DNA of 64,000 bases, from positions 26,797 through 90,796 of the forward strand of contig CAVOIB010000009.1 in NCBI GenBank assembly GCA_963695975.1, in the 5' to 3' direction. Shown here in pieces: positions 56,257 through 64,000 of this stretch. The position numbers and the translations under genes were made by a program. How positions within the stretch are numbered: position 1 is the stretch's first letter; each line of letters starts with the position of its first letter. The notes under the pieces are model-generated. The model did not search any database and was not told where the DNA came from. It saw only the letters and a program-made list of their open reading frames with translations. The DNA is from an uncultured Actinomycetes bacterium (lineage in GTDB: Bacteria; Actinomycetota; UBA4738; HRBIN12).

Positions 56257-56712
56257 ATGCCCGAAGATGCCCCGGTGTCGGAATCCGATCTCTCGCGTCA
56301 GCTCCTCGAATCGCATCGCGCGCTGGCCGCCGAACTCGTCGCCGGATTGGCCGAACGCGGCTACGACGACCTGCGACCCGGACACGCAGCGGTGTTCCTC
56401 CACGTGGATCGCCGCTCGGGAACGCGGCTCACGGAGCTCGCCCGCCGGGCGCACATGACCAAGCAGGGCATGATGTTCGTGGTGGACGACCTCGAGTCCC
56501 GTGGGTACGTGCGACGCGCTCCCGATCCCGACGACTCGCGCGCCAAGGTCGTGAAGCTCACCGCCCACGGCCGGCGAGCTGCTGGTGAGACCCGTCGCAC
56601 GGTGCAGGCGATCGAGTCGCGCACCCGTCGGACGCTTGGGGAGCGGCGCTACGAGGCGTTGCGTGAGGCGCTCGACGCGATCGCGTCGTCCTCCGATCAT
56701 CCGTCGTCCTGA
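56257..56712 (+). CDS. MarR-family transcriptional regulator
   Basis: Winged-HTH MarR motifs; start placed at 56257 to leave the operator outside the CDS (longer alternative 56221). Confidence 0.75.
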   Translation: MPEDAPVSESDLSRQLLESHRALAAELVAGLAERGYDDLRPGHAAVFLHVDRRSGTRLTELARRAHMTKQGMMFVVDDLESRGYVRRAPDPDDSRAKVVKLTAHGRRAAGETRRTVQAIESRTRRTLGERRYEALREALDAIASSSDHPSS

Positions 56713-56721
56713 GCCGGTCGG

Positions 56722-58854
56722 TCACAGCACCACGGTCTCGATCCGCGCAGGTCCGATCTCGACCGCGCGTCCGGCGACCTCGATCCGCATCGGCGTGCCG
56801 GCGAGCGGGTTCCACAGTCGGGCCTCGATCCGATCGCCCCTCCTGCGGACGCTCGAGAGCTGTGCCGCGCCCGCCAGCTCCAGCAGGGAGCCGCTCGAGG
56901 GCCGGGTTCCGAGGCCGGCGGAGGTCGCGGTGGCGAACGGCAGCGCGAACCGCTCCCAATTGGCGAGCAGTCCGCCGCGGTTGGCGTTCGGCCAGATCCC
57001 GAGTGAGAACGTCGTCCGCCCGAGCATCTGCCCGAGCGGCGTCGGGACGTCGGGGCCTGCGTCGAACGGCCGGGTGGCAAGCACCTTCCGGCTGATCGTG
57101 CCGACGCATCGCAGCAACGTCACGGCGAGCGATTCGCCGCCGACCACCTCGTACTCGAACACGCCCTCCTGGAAGATCGCCGTGCCGGCCGCGAGGACGA
57201 CGCCTCGGGCGGGCCAGGTCGCGGACGGGGCCTCCAGCTCGCTGCCTTCTGACCGCAGCGGACGCTCGACCAGCTCGAACGGCGAGCCGGCCAGCACCGT
57301 CTGCGTCGCGCCGCCGAGCGGCACGTGGAGCCGCAGGCGATGGTCAGGCCGCCCGTTCTCGATCGCGCCATCGACGCGCACGAATGGCTCTCCCGCGCGT
57401 CGCGCGAAACGCAGCGCCACCTCGAGTCGATCGTCGAACCACGCCCGCGCCTCTCGGCCGCTCACGTGCAACTGGGCGGGCCGCCTCGGGACCTGTCCGG
57501 GCTCCGCGTAGCAGTAGTTGTAGAGATCGCCGACGTCAGGCTCGTCCAGCAGGACGAGCTCGATCCCGTCGATCACGATCGAGCCGTCGTGGCCTTCGCG
57601 CATTTCGACTGGCAGGTCGCCGGGCGGGTGCGCGTCGGAGGCGACGCGCCACCCGAGTCCGGGAACGCCCTCCCGTTCGAACGGCGAGGGGTTGAAGCGG
57701 AGCTCGCCAGCCCGATCGACTTGGCGGCCGAGCGCTGTGAGCGCGTCTTGGACGATCCGCTCCCCGATGGTGCGCGCCTCCATGAACCGCGCGTCGACAT
57801 CGAGGGCCACCTGGTCGTGCGAACACCCGCACGCGGAGTCGTGCGCTCCGTTCCAGAGCAGCAGGGTCCAGGCGCGGTCGAGCTCACCGGCCGGCCATCC
57901 GACGCCGGTGACCAGCGCGGCGAGCGGCTCCGCATAGCGTTCGATCAGCGCTTCTACCCGGCCGCGTTCGCGCTTCTGGTGGACGCGCGCCGAGGTGACG
58001 TTCGGGAGCAGATGTGCGCGCGCCGACGACCGGAGCTCGCCACGCCATATCGGCGGGTCCGCCTCGAGCCGCTGCTCGGCGAGGTGCCGTTCCAGGCCGC
58101 CGATCGATGCGTCGACCTCGTCGAGGTTGGCCTTCGCCAACGCCAACCGGTCGGGCAGGGTGGCGTCAGGCCCTGCGTGGTCGTAGCCGACCATCACGAG
58201 CATGCGGTCGCTCGCCATGAACGGTCGCTGGCGCTGGACGGAGCGGACGATCGCCTCCGCGAGCTCGGACGGGTGAGACGTCTTGTCGAACGCGGCCCCG
58301 GCGAAGTAGCCGAACGCCAGGTACTCGGTGAGGACGTGACTGCCGTCGGGCGCCTCCCACTGGAACGTGTCACGGTCGATCTCTGCCGGGACGCCGCGCC
58401 AAACGATCGCGCGCTCGACGCCGCCCTGTCGCAAGATCTGCGGCATCTGCCCGATGTGGCCGAACTGATCGGGCAGGTATCCGACCTCGAGCGCGCGACC
58501 GAGCGCCCGCGCACGCGCGAGGCCGCGTTCCAGGTTGCGGATGTGCGACTCGCCGGACGTCAGGAACTCGTCCATCTGCGTGAACCAGGGTCCGGCGGAC
58601 AGCCTGCCCTCGCGGATGAGCCGTTCCACGTCCCCGGCTCGCTCGGGCCGCAGCTCGAGGTAGTCGTCGATCATCGCGGTTTGCCCGTCGAGGTGGAAGT
58701 GTGGGAATCCCGCCTCGGCGAGTTCGATCAGCGTGTCCATCATCGCGACCAGTCGCTTGGAGAAGACGCTGAACGGTTCGTACCACTCGCGATCCCAATG
58801 GGTGTGCGGCACCAACGTGACCGTGATCGGATCCATGGCGCCGAAGTCTCGCAC
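56722..58854 (-). CDS. Glycoside hydrolase family 38 (alpha-mannosidase-like)
   Basis: N-terminal LVPHTHWDREW motif; SD CCAGGAGG. Confidence 0.85.
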   Translation of the reverse strand: MRDFGAMDPITVTLVPHTHWDREWYEPFSVFSKRLVAMMDTLIELAEAGFPHFHLDGQTAMIDDYLELRPERAGDVERLIREGRLSAGPWFTQMDEFLTSGESHIRNLERGLARARALGRALEVGYLPDQFGHIGQMPQILRQGGVERAIVWRGVPAEIDRDTFQWEAPDGSHVLTEYLAFGYFAGAAFDKTSHPSELAEAIVRSVQRQRPFMASDRMLVMVGYDHAGPDATLPDRLALAKANLDEVDASIGGLERHLAEQRLEADPPIWRGELRSSARAHLLPNVTSARVHQKRERGRVEALIERYAEPLAALVTGVGWPAGELDRAWTLLLWNGAHDSACGCSHDQVALDVDARFMEARTIGERIVQDALTALGRQVDRAGELRFNPSPFEREGVPGLGWRVASDAHPPGDLPVEMREGHDGSIVIDGIELVLLDEPDVGDLYNYCYAEPGQVPRRPAQLHVSGREARAWFDDRLEVALRFARRAGEPFVRVDGAIENGRPDHRLRLHVPLGGATQTVLAGSPFELVERPLRSEGSELEAPSATWPARGVVLAAGTAIFQEGVFEYEVVGGESLAVTLLRCVGTISRKVLATRPFDAGPDVPTPLGQMLGRTTFSLGIWPNANRGGLLANWERFALPFATATSAGLGTRPSSGSLLELAGAAQLSSVRRRGDRIEARLWNPLAGTPMRIEVAGRAVEIGPARIETVVL

Positions 58855-58879
58855 GCAGCCTCCTGGGTAGCATGTCGGG

Positions 58880-59371
58880 ATGCCTCAGGAAGCGCAGGGC
58901 AAAACCGGCCTCCCGAGCGAGAAACGGCAGAAGCCGGAACGCCCCCGCGATCTGCTCGGCCGCCCGCAGCCGTGGGACGCGCCGAACGAGCTCGAGATGC
59001 CGGACTTCGACGCGCTCAGCGTCGAGCAGAACCACGAGCTCGGTCGGCGGTTCGTCAGAGAGGGGAAGTATTTCCCGGCCCACGAAGCGTGGGAGACGGC
59101 GTGGAAGCAGGCGCGAGGCACCGACGACGCCGAATTCTTCAAGGGACTCTCGCAGATGGGCGCGGGCTACGTGCATCTGCTGAGAGGGAACGCGCACGGC
59201 ACCGTGACGCTGCTCCGCCGAGCATCCGGACGCGTGGTCCGGTACCCGGACGGATACCGAGGGATCCACACGGAAGCGTTGCACGACAGGCTCGAAGCAG
59301 ATGCCATGCTCGTGGAGAGCGGAGCGCTCGTCCCGGGCGAGGGCGCAGCGTTCGCTCCGCCCGACGTGTAA
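58880..59371 (+). CDS. DUF309 domain protein
   Basis: FNxGxYxEAHExWE-like core (GKYFPAHEAWETAWK); N-terminal 40 aa low complexity; alternative start 58997. Confidence 0.55.
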   Translation: MPQEAQGKTGLPSEKRQKPERPRDLLGRPQPWDAPNELEMPDFDALSVEQNHELGRRFVREGKYFPAHEAWETAWKQARGTDDAEFFKGLSQMGAGYVHLLRGNAHGTVTLLRRASGRVVRYPDGYRGIHTEALHDRLEADAMLVESGALVPGEGAAFAPPDV

Positions 59372-59385
59372 CCTGTGCAGGAACG

Positions 59386-60105
59386 ATGAGTCAGATCGCG
59401 CAGACCGAGATGGAGTGGAAGGGCCGGACCGGGCCCTTCACGATCTTGTTGAACCCCGGCGTCTTCAGTCCGACGCACACCAGTCGCACGCTCGCGGAAG
59501 CGCTCGAGATCGGCCCCGACGACACCGTGATCGATGTGGGATGCGGCAGCGGCATCCTCTCGTTCGTTGCTGCCCGGCTCGGGGCGAAGCGCGTGATCGG
59601 GTGCGACATCTCCGAGGAGGCGGTCGAGGCCGCGGCGAAGAACGCAAAGCGTCTGGGGCTGGACGATCGCGTGGAGTTCCGTGCGGGAAGCCTCCTGGAG
59701 CCGGTGCGCGACGTTCAGGCGTCGGTGCTGATCGGCGACGTGTCCGGCATCCCCGACGAGATCGCCGAGGTCACGGGGTGGTTCCCGGACGGCCGCGCCG
59801 GCGGACCGACCGGCGCCGAGCTCCCCCGGATGATGATCGAGAGCATCGGCGACACGCTCGCGCACGGTGGGCGGCTCTACCTGCCGACCGGCACGATCCA
59901 GGACGAGAAGTCCATCCTTGAGGCTGCGCATCGGGTGTTCGGCGACAACATGGAGCCAGTTATCGAACGCGAGTTCCCGTTGCCTGACATCGTGGGGAAA
60001 TCGGTCGCCGCCGCGCGCATGATGAAGGAGGGGCTGTTGAACCTCCATCGCCGAGGCAGCCGGTGGCTCTGGCGTCTGCAGATCTGGCGCTGCATCCGCA
60101 CCTGA
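59386..60105 (+). CDS. Class I SAM-dependent methyltransferase (small MTase domain)
   Basis: Motif I VIDVGCGSGILS. Confidence 0.7.
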   Translation: MSQIAQTEMEWKGRTGPFTILLNPGVFSPTHTSRTLAEALEIGPDDTVIDVGCGSGILSFVAARLGAKRVIGCDISEEAVEAAAKNAKRLGLDDRVEFRAGSLLEPVRDVQASVLIGDVSGIPDEIAEVTGWFPDGRAGGPTGAELPRMMIESIGDTLAHGGRLYLPTGTIQDEKSILEAAHRVFGDNMEPVIEREFPLPDIVGKSVAAARMMKEGLLNLHRRGSRWLWRLQIWRCIRT

Positions 60106-60203
60106 CGGGGACGCGGTGAGCGACCCAGAACCGATCCTCCAACACCGGAAGATGACGCTGGGCGAACGGCTGCGCGTCGCCCGACAGCTACGGCCTCGTC
60201 CTC

Positions 60204-60866
60204 GTGATGATCCTCTCGTCCATCGTGGTGACGGCAGCGGTGTCGGGAACCGATCTGGGCCGGATCTTCACGCTCGTCTTCCTGGGCGGCACGCTCCTGT
60301 TCGCGATGTGGACGTCTCGCGCCGGACATCGCTACCGGCGGTTCGCAACCGTTCTCGTTCCCATCATGATCGTCGCCGCCGCCATATCGAGCGCTCTGTC
60401 GGAGGGGTCGTTTCCGAAAGCGGTCTCTACCGCGATCAGCGGGCTCCTGGTCATGGCGGCGTTCATGGCGATCCTCGATCGTCTGAAGACGGCCCACACG
60501 ACGATCTCCTTCCAGACGGTACTCGGCGCTCTCTCGATGTACCTCCTCCTGGGATTGCTCTTCGCGACCGTCTTCGCCGAACTCGCCACCGTTTCCGGCG
60601 ACCCGTTCTTCGCCCAGGGAGCTTCGGCCGGCACCAGCGTGAACTACGTCTATTTCAGCTACGTGACGATCTCGACCGTCGGGTACGGGGACCTGAGCGC
60701 GGCGGAGAACCTCGGCAAGATGCTTGCGGTGGGCGAGGCTCTCGTGGGTCAGCTCTTCCTGGTCACGGTGGTGGCGCTCCTCGTGACCAACCTCGGGAAG
60801 GCACGGCGCCGGCCGGCAGCCGGTGAGCCTGAGCAGGGATCGCCACCCGGCGAAGTCGCCAAGTAG
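60204..60866 (+). CDS. Ion-channel family protein (K+ channel pore-loop)
   Basis: Selectivity-filter-like TVGYGD; four hydrophobic helices. Confidence 0.7.
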   Translation: MMILSSIVVTAAVSGTDLGRIFTLVFLGGTLLFAMWTSRAGHRYRRFATVLVPIMIVAAAISSALSEGSFPKAVSTAISGLLVMAAFMAILDRLKTAHTTISFQTVLGALSMYLLLGLLFATVFAELATVSGDPFFAQGASAGTSVNYVYFSYVTISTVGYGDLSAAENLGKMLAVGEALVGQLFLVTVVALLVTNLGKARRRPAAGEPEQGSPPGEVAK

Positions 60867-60947
60867 GGTGCGCCAGGTTGCGCGTTCATACCGTTGCTGC
60901 TACGAACATCTGCGTGCCATACCGGCGCGCCCACGTGGGAGGTCATC

Positions 60948-62342
60948 ATGGCGAAGACAGCGGAGACCACTGAAGCAGTGAAGACGCTGAAGCGCGAGCG
61001 GAAGTTGTCCGCTGAGGAGCGGATCGCTCGAGGTAAGGCCGCCCGCGAATCGACCCCCCGGGCGAGCCACGCGGATTGGGAGCCATCGCCCGACCGGCCC
61101 GATCTCGTGTCGTTGCTCAAGGAGCAGGCCGAGACCAGACTCCCCGACCTGATCGCGATACGGCACGGCCGGATGTCGGCCTCGCCGTTCACCTTCTATC
61201 GCGGGTCGGCGATCGTGATGGCCGATGATCTGGCCGCGTCCCCCACCAGCGGGATCAAGGTGCAGCTCTGCGGGGACGCCCACCTGTCGAACTTCGGGGT
61301 GTTCGGTTCACCGGAACGTCAGATGCTGTTCGACCTGAACGATTTCGACGAGACGCTCCCGGGGCCCTGGGAGTGGGACGTCAAGCGGATGGCCGCGAGC
61401 TTCGTGGTCGGCGCTCGATCGGTCACGTTCCCGAAAGGCACCGGGAAGCAGGCGGCGATCGCATCGGTCGAGTCCTATCGGGTGCGGATGGCCGAGTACG
61501 CGACGATGGGCGATCTGGGCGTCTGGTATTCCCACATCTCGTCGGAGGACATCCTGGCCGCCACCACGACCGCGTCCATGCGCAAGCGCGCCGAGGCGGG
61601 GATGGCTAAGGCGAGGACGAAGGACAGCCTGCAGGCGTTCTCGAAGCTCACCACGGTGGTCGACGGCAAGCCTCGGATCGTCGAAGACCCGCCGCTCCTC
61701 GTCCGCGTCGACCCGGCCAGTCTTCCGGTCGACGTCGAGACCCTCCTCCAACAGTACCGGCGCACCCTCCAGGACGACCGGAAGCATCTCCTGGAGCAGT
61801 ACGAGGTCGTGGACCTGGCGCGCAAGGTGGTCGGCGTTGGAAGCGTCGGCACCGCCTGCTTCATCGCGCTCATGGCCGGCCGCGACGACGCGGACCCACT
61901 GTTCCTCCAGGTGAAGGAGGCTCAGGGCTCGGTGCTGGAACGGCATCTTCCGAAGAGTCGATACCGCAATCACGGCCAGCGGGTCGTGGCCGGCCAGCGT
62001 CTGATGCAGGCCGCGAGCGATATCTTCCTCGGCTGGATCCGAGGGCCACAGCGTGACTTCTACTGGCGGCAGCTCCGCGATATGAAGGGCTCCGCCGTCA
62101 TCGAGAACATGCCGCCTGAGACCTTCGTCGCGTACGCGGGCCTCTGTGGCTGGGCCCTGGCTCGTGCGCACGCTCGCTCGGGCGATCGGATCGCGATCGC
62201 GGCCTACCTGGGCAAGAGCAACACGTTCGCGAGGGCTATCGCCGAGTTCTCAGAGCGCTACGCCGATCAGGCCGAGCTCGACCACCAGACGATGCTCGAG
62301 GCGATCGCAAAAGGAGAGATCCAGGCCGAGCCCGGGGTCTAG
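60948..62342 (+). CDS. DUF2252 domain protein
   Basis: Conserved DUF2252 regions (FYRGS...NDFDET...). Confidence 0.75.
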   Translation: MAKTAETTEAVKTLKRERKLSAEERIARGKAARESTPRASHADWEPSPDRPDLVSLLKEQAETRLPDLIAIRHGRMSASPFTFYRGSAIVMADDLAASPTSGIKVQLCGDAHLSNFGVFGSPERQMLFDLNDFDETLPGPWEWDVKRMAASFVVGARSVTFPKGTGKQAAIASVESYRVRMAEYATMGDLGVWYSHISSEDILAATTTASMRKRAEAGMAKARTKDSLQAFSKLTTVVDGKPRIVEDPPLLVRVDPASLPVDVETLLQQYRRTLQDDRKHLLEQYEVVDLARKVVGVGSVGTACFIALMAGRDDADPLFLQVKEAQGSVLERHLPKSRYRNHGQRVVAGQRLMQAASDIFLGWIRGPQRDFYWRQLRDMKGSAVIENMPPETFVAYAGLCGWALARAHARSGDRIAIAAYLGKSNTFARAIAEFSERYADQAELDHQTMLEAIAKGEIQAEPGV

Positions 62343-63703
62343 CCTGCTGCGTCGGCCGGTCCTTCCGGAAGCGGTCCACTCGGCGCCAGCCAGCGGATGC
62401 CGAGCTCGTAGACCACCAGCAGGGCACCGAGCAGGATCACCGAGACCCAGGACACGCCGACGAAGAAGAGCAGGACCACGACGACGATCGGACCTGCCAT
62501 CCGCAGCCCGTCGGCATGGCTCCGGATCCACTGGGCGAACGGCCGATCCGATACGGCCATGTCCTTGCCGGCCCCGTAGGCGCGGGCGGCCTGTGACCTC
62601 GCCGCGTTCAGCCACTCGCGCTTGCCCAACAGGAACGCGACGATCGCGACGATCAACGCGATGGCGAAGAGCCAGCGTGTGAATCCCCGCAGGCTGCCGA
62701 ATGCGTCATCCAGCACGGCCTTCACGGCACCTTTGTTCTGGGAGGCGATCGACGCCACGACCTCGTTCGAGACCTTCTTGATGATCAGCCGGGCGATCAG
62801 CACGCCGACGATGGCCCCGATCGCGAGCTGGACCACGGTGCGTCGCCGGTTCACGGAGAGCGCCACGGTGACGGCGATGAGCACAAGCGAGAGCAGGATC
62901 AGCGCATACGTGAGCCGGTCGAAGAGCTTGACGGCGTTCTGCGCTTTGGCCAATTGGTCAGATTGGAAGACCACGATCTGGCCGAAATCAGGCGGGAGCG
63001 GCCGGTGGAGCGCGGACGAGAGCGCGGCGATCGCTTGGCTCACCTGCTCAGTCCCGGAGATCTGAGGAAGCGTGATCCGGTCACCCAGCAACCCTTGGGC
63101 GACGGCTTCGATGCGTTGGAGGACGGCCGTGATGACCGGCAGGAGATTGAGGGTCACCTGCCCGTTCTCGATCGTCAAGACCGTCCCCTGACGGCCACGC
63201 AGGATGTTCACGGCTTGTTCGTGTGCGACGCGGTTCGCCTCGGTCCACAGGGTCTCCCAGGTGGATGAGTTGAAGAACTCGACGAGCTTGTCGTGGACGA
63301 ACCCTTGGATCGCGTTCGTGATCGGACCTGCGAGGAACGCGGCCTGGGGCGCTGCTTGCGTGAGTGCATCCTGGGCCCGCTGCTGCAGATCGAGCGTCGT
63401 CACGATCTGATCCGTGACATAGGTCGCGAGTGCCGCAGTCACCTGAGGGTTGGTTCCGAGCGGCGCCACAGTGTCGACCCAGGCGTCGGTGTTCAGCAAC
63501 GTCCGGTGCGCCCACGTGTCGACGGTGGTCACGACGATCGAGAGGCAAGTGATGACGACCAGGATCCCGACGAGGATCTTGCGGAGGTTGAGGCGTTTCG
63601 CGCGCTTCTCGCCTTCGTACTTCTCGAGCTTATGCTCCAGTTCCTGTTTCTCGGCGAGGATCTCCGCAGGATCCACGGTGCCTTCGGTGGGGGTGTCGCT
63701 CAT
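62339..63703 (-). CDS. Integral membrane protein, unknown function
   Basis: N-terminal coiled region then multiple TM helices; stop shares CTAG with the convergent gene. Confidence 0.6.
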   Translation of the reverse strand: MSDTPTEGTVDPAEILAEKQELEHKLEKYEGEKRAKRLNLRKILVGILVVITCLSIVVTTVDTWAHRTLLNTDAWVDTVAPLGTNPQVTAALATYVTDQIVTTLDLQQRAQDALTQAAPQAAFLAGPITNAIQGFVHDKLVEFFNSSTWETLWTEANRVAHEQAVNILRGRQGTVLTIENGQVTLNLLPVITAVLQRIEAVAQGLLGDRITLPQISGTEQVSQAIAALSSALHRPLPPDFGQIVVFQSDQLAKAQNAVKLFDRLTYALILLSLVLIAVTVALSVNRRRTVVQLAIGAIVGVLIARLIIKKVSNEVVASIASQNKGAVKAVLDDAFGSLRGFTRWLFAIALIVAIVAFLLGKREWLNAARSQAARAYGAGKDMAVSDRPFAQWIRSHADGLRMAGPIVVVVLLFFVGVSWVSVILLGALLVVYELGIRWLAPSGPLPEGPADAAG

Positions 63704-63743
63704 GATCCCTCCGTTCGTATGTCGCGTGACGTCGCGATCCAGG

Positions 63744-64000
63744 TCACCCGTTCCCCCGGACCCGAGCGAGCAGGTACAGGATCTCCAGATACAGCCAGAC
63801 GAGCGTGGTCTGCAATCCGAAGGCGGCGTACCATTCGAACGCCGCCGGCGCCCCGGACGTTACACCAGTCTCGACGATGGCGAAGTCCGCGATCAGGCTC
63901 ATGGCGGCGACGATGCAGATCACGACGCTGATCGCGATGCCGGTCGTCGAGCCGTTGTAGAGGAAGTTCAAGCGGACGCCGAAGATGCTGACGAACCAGC
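63744..64000 (-). CDS. Bax-inhibitor-1/YccA-like membrane protein, C-terminal part (gene continues past the window end)
   Basis: C-terminal TM pattern typical of BI-1-like proteins; the ORF runs off the window. Confidence 0.5.
   Translation of the reverse strand, partial: WFVSIFGVRLNFLYNGSTTGIAISVVICIVAAMSLIADFAIVETGVTSGAPAAFEWYAAFGLQTTLVWLYLEILYLLARVRGNG

Noticed and set aside
1-64000. CRISPR array, IS/transposase or integrase
   Set aside because: No regularly spaced direct repeats with unique spacers were seen, and no ORF resembles a transposase or a tyrosine/serine recombinase. The repeat family near the tRNA is palindromic and irregularly spaced, not CRISPR-like

Overview
High-GC (~68–70%) chromosomal segment that looks actinobacterial. 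Lineage markers are UPF0182/YlbL-like neighbours, a WhiB-like regulator, an ECF sigma with a ZAS-type anti-sigma, PIG-L and DinB_2 (mycothiol-associated families), and many translationally coupled genes. I call about 70 protein genes and one tRNA. Most of the window is core housekeeping: a BMP-family nucleoside ABC transporter plus upp, DAHP synthase, moaE–mreB, ftsH, nth, ABC-F, UDG, an ABC exporter and GH38. Coordinates 26.9–35.9 kb are accessory-like. A single initiator-type tRNA-Met (30625–30698) sits inside a nest of at least five copies of a palindromic repeat family found in no other intergenic region of the window. A 36-bp direct repeat with a GGCGACGTCGCC palindrome lies upstream of two adjacent genes. 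A lower-GC ~390-bp insert lies between two repeat copies. A gene-poor tract follows the tRNA, and a 285–374 aa protein of unrecognisable family lies further downstream. Other notable items: a candidate transcription-attenuation leader (uORF with Tyr/Phe/Tyr plus a GC hairpin and T-tract) in front of DAHP synthase; an RHH protein–DUF4097 pair preceded by repeated TGATGCCA operator half-sites; a URO-D-family methyltransferase with its corrinoid protein but no MT1 partner; a MarR operator; and CTAG-centred hairpins or overlapping stops at almost every convergent gene junction. No CRISPR array, transposase or integrase was found. The most likely candidate for an undescribed system is the repeat-nested tRNA locus and the uncharacterised protein at 33199–34323, but this rests on sequence inspection only.
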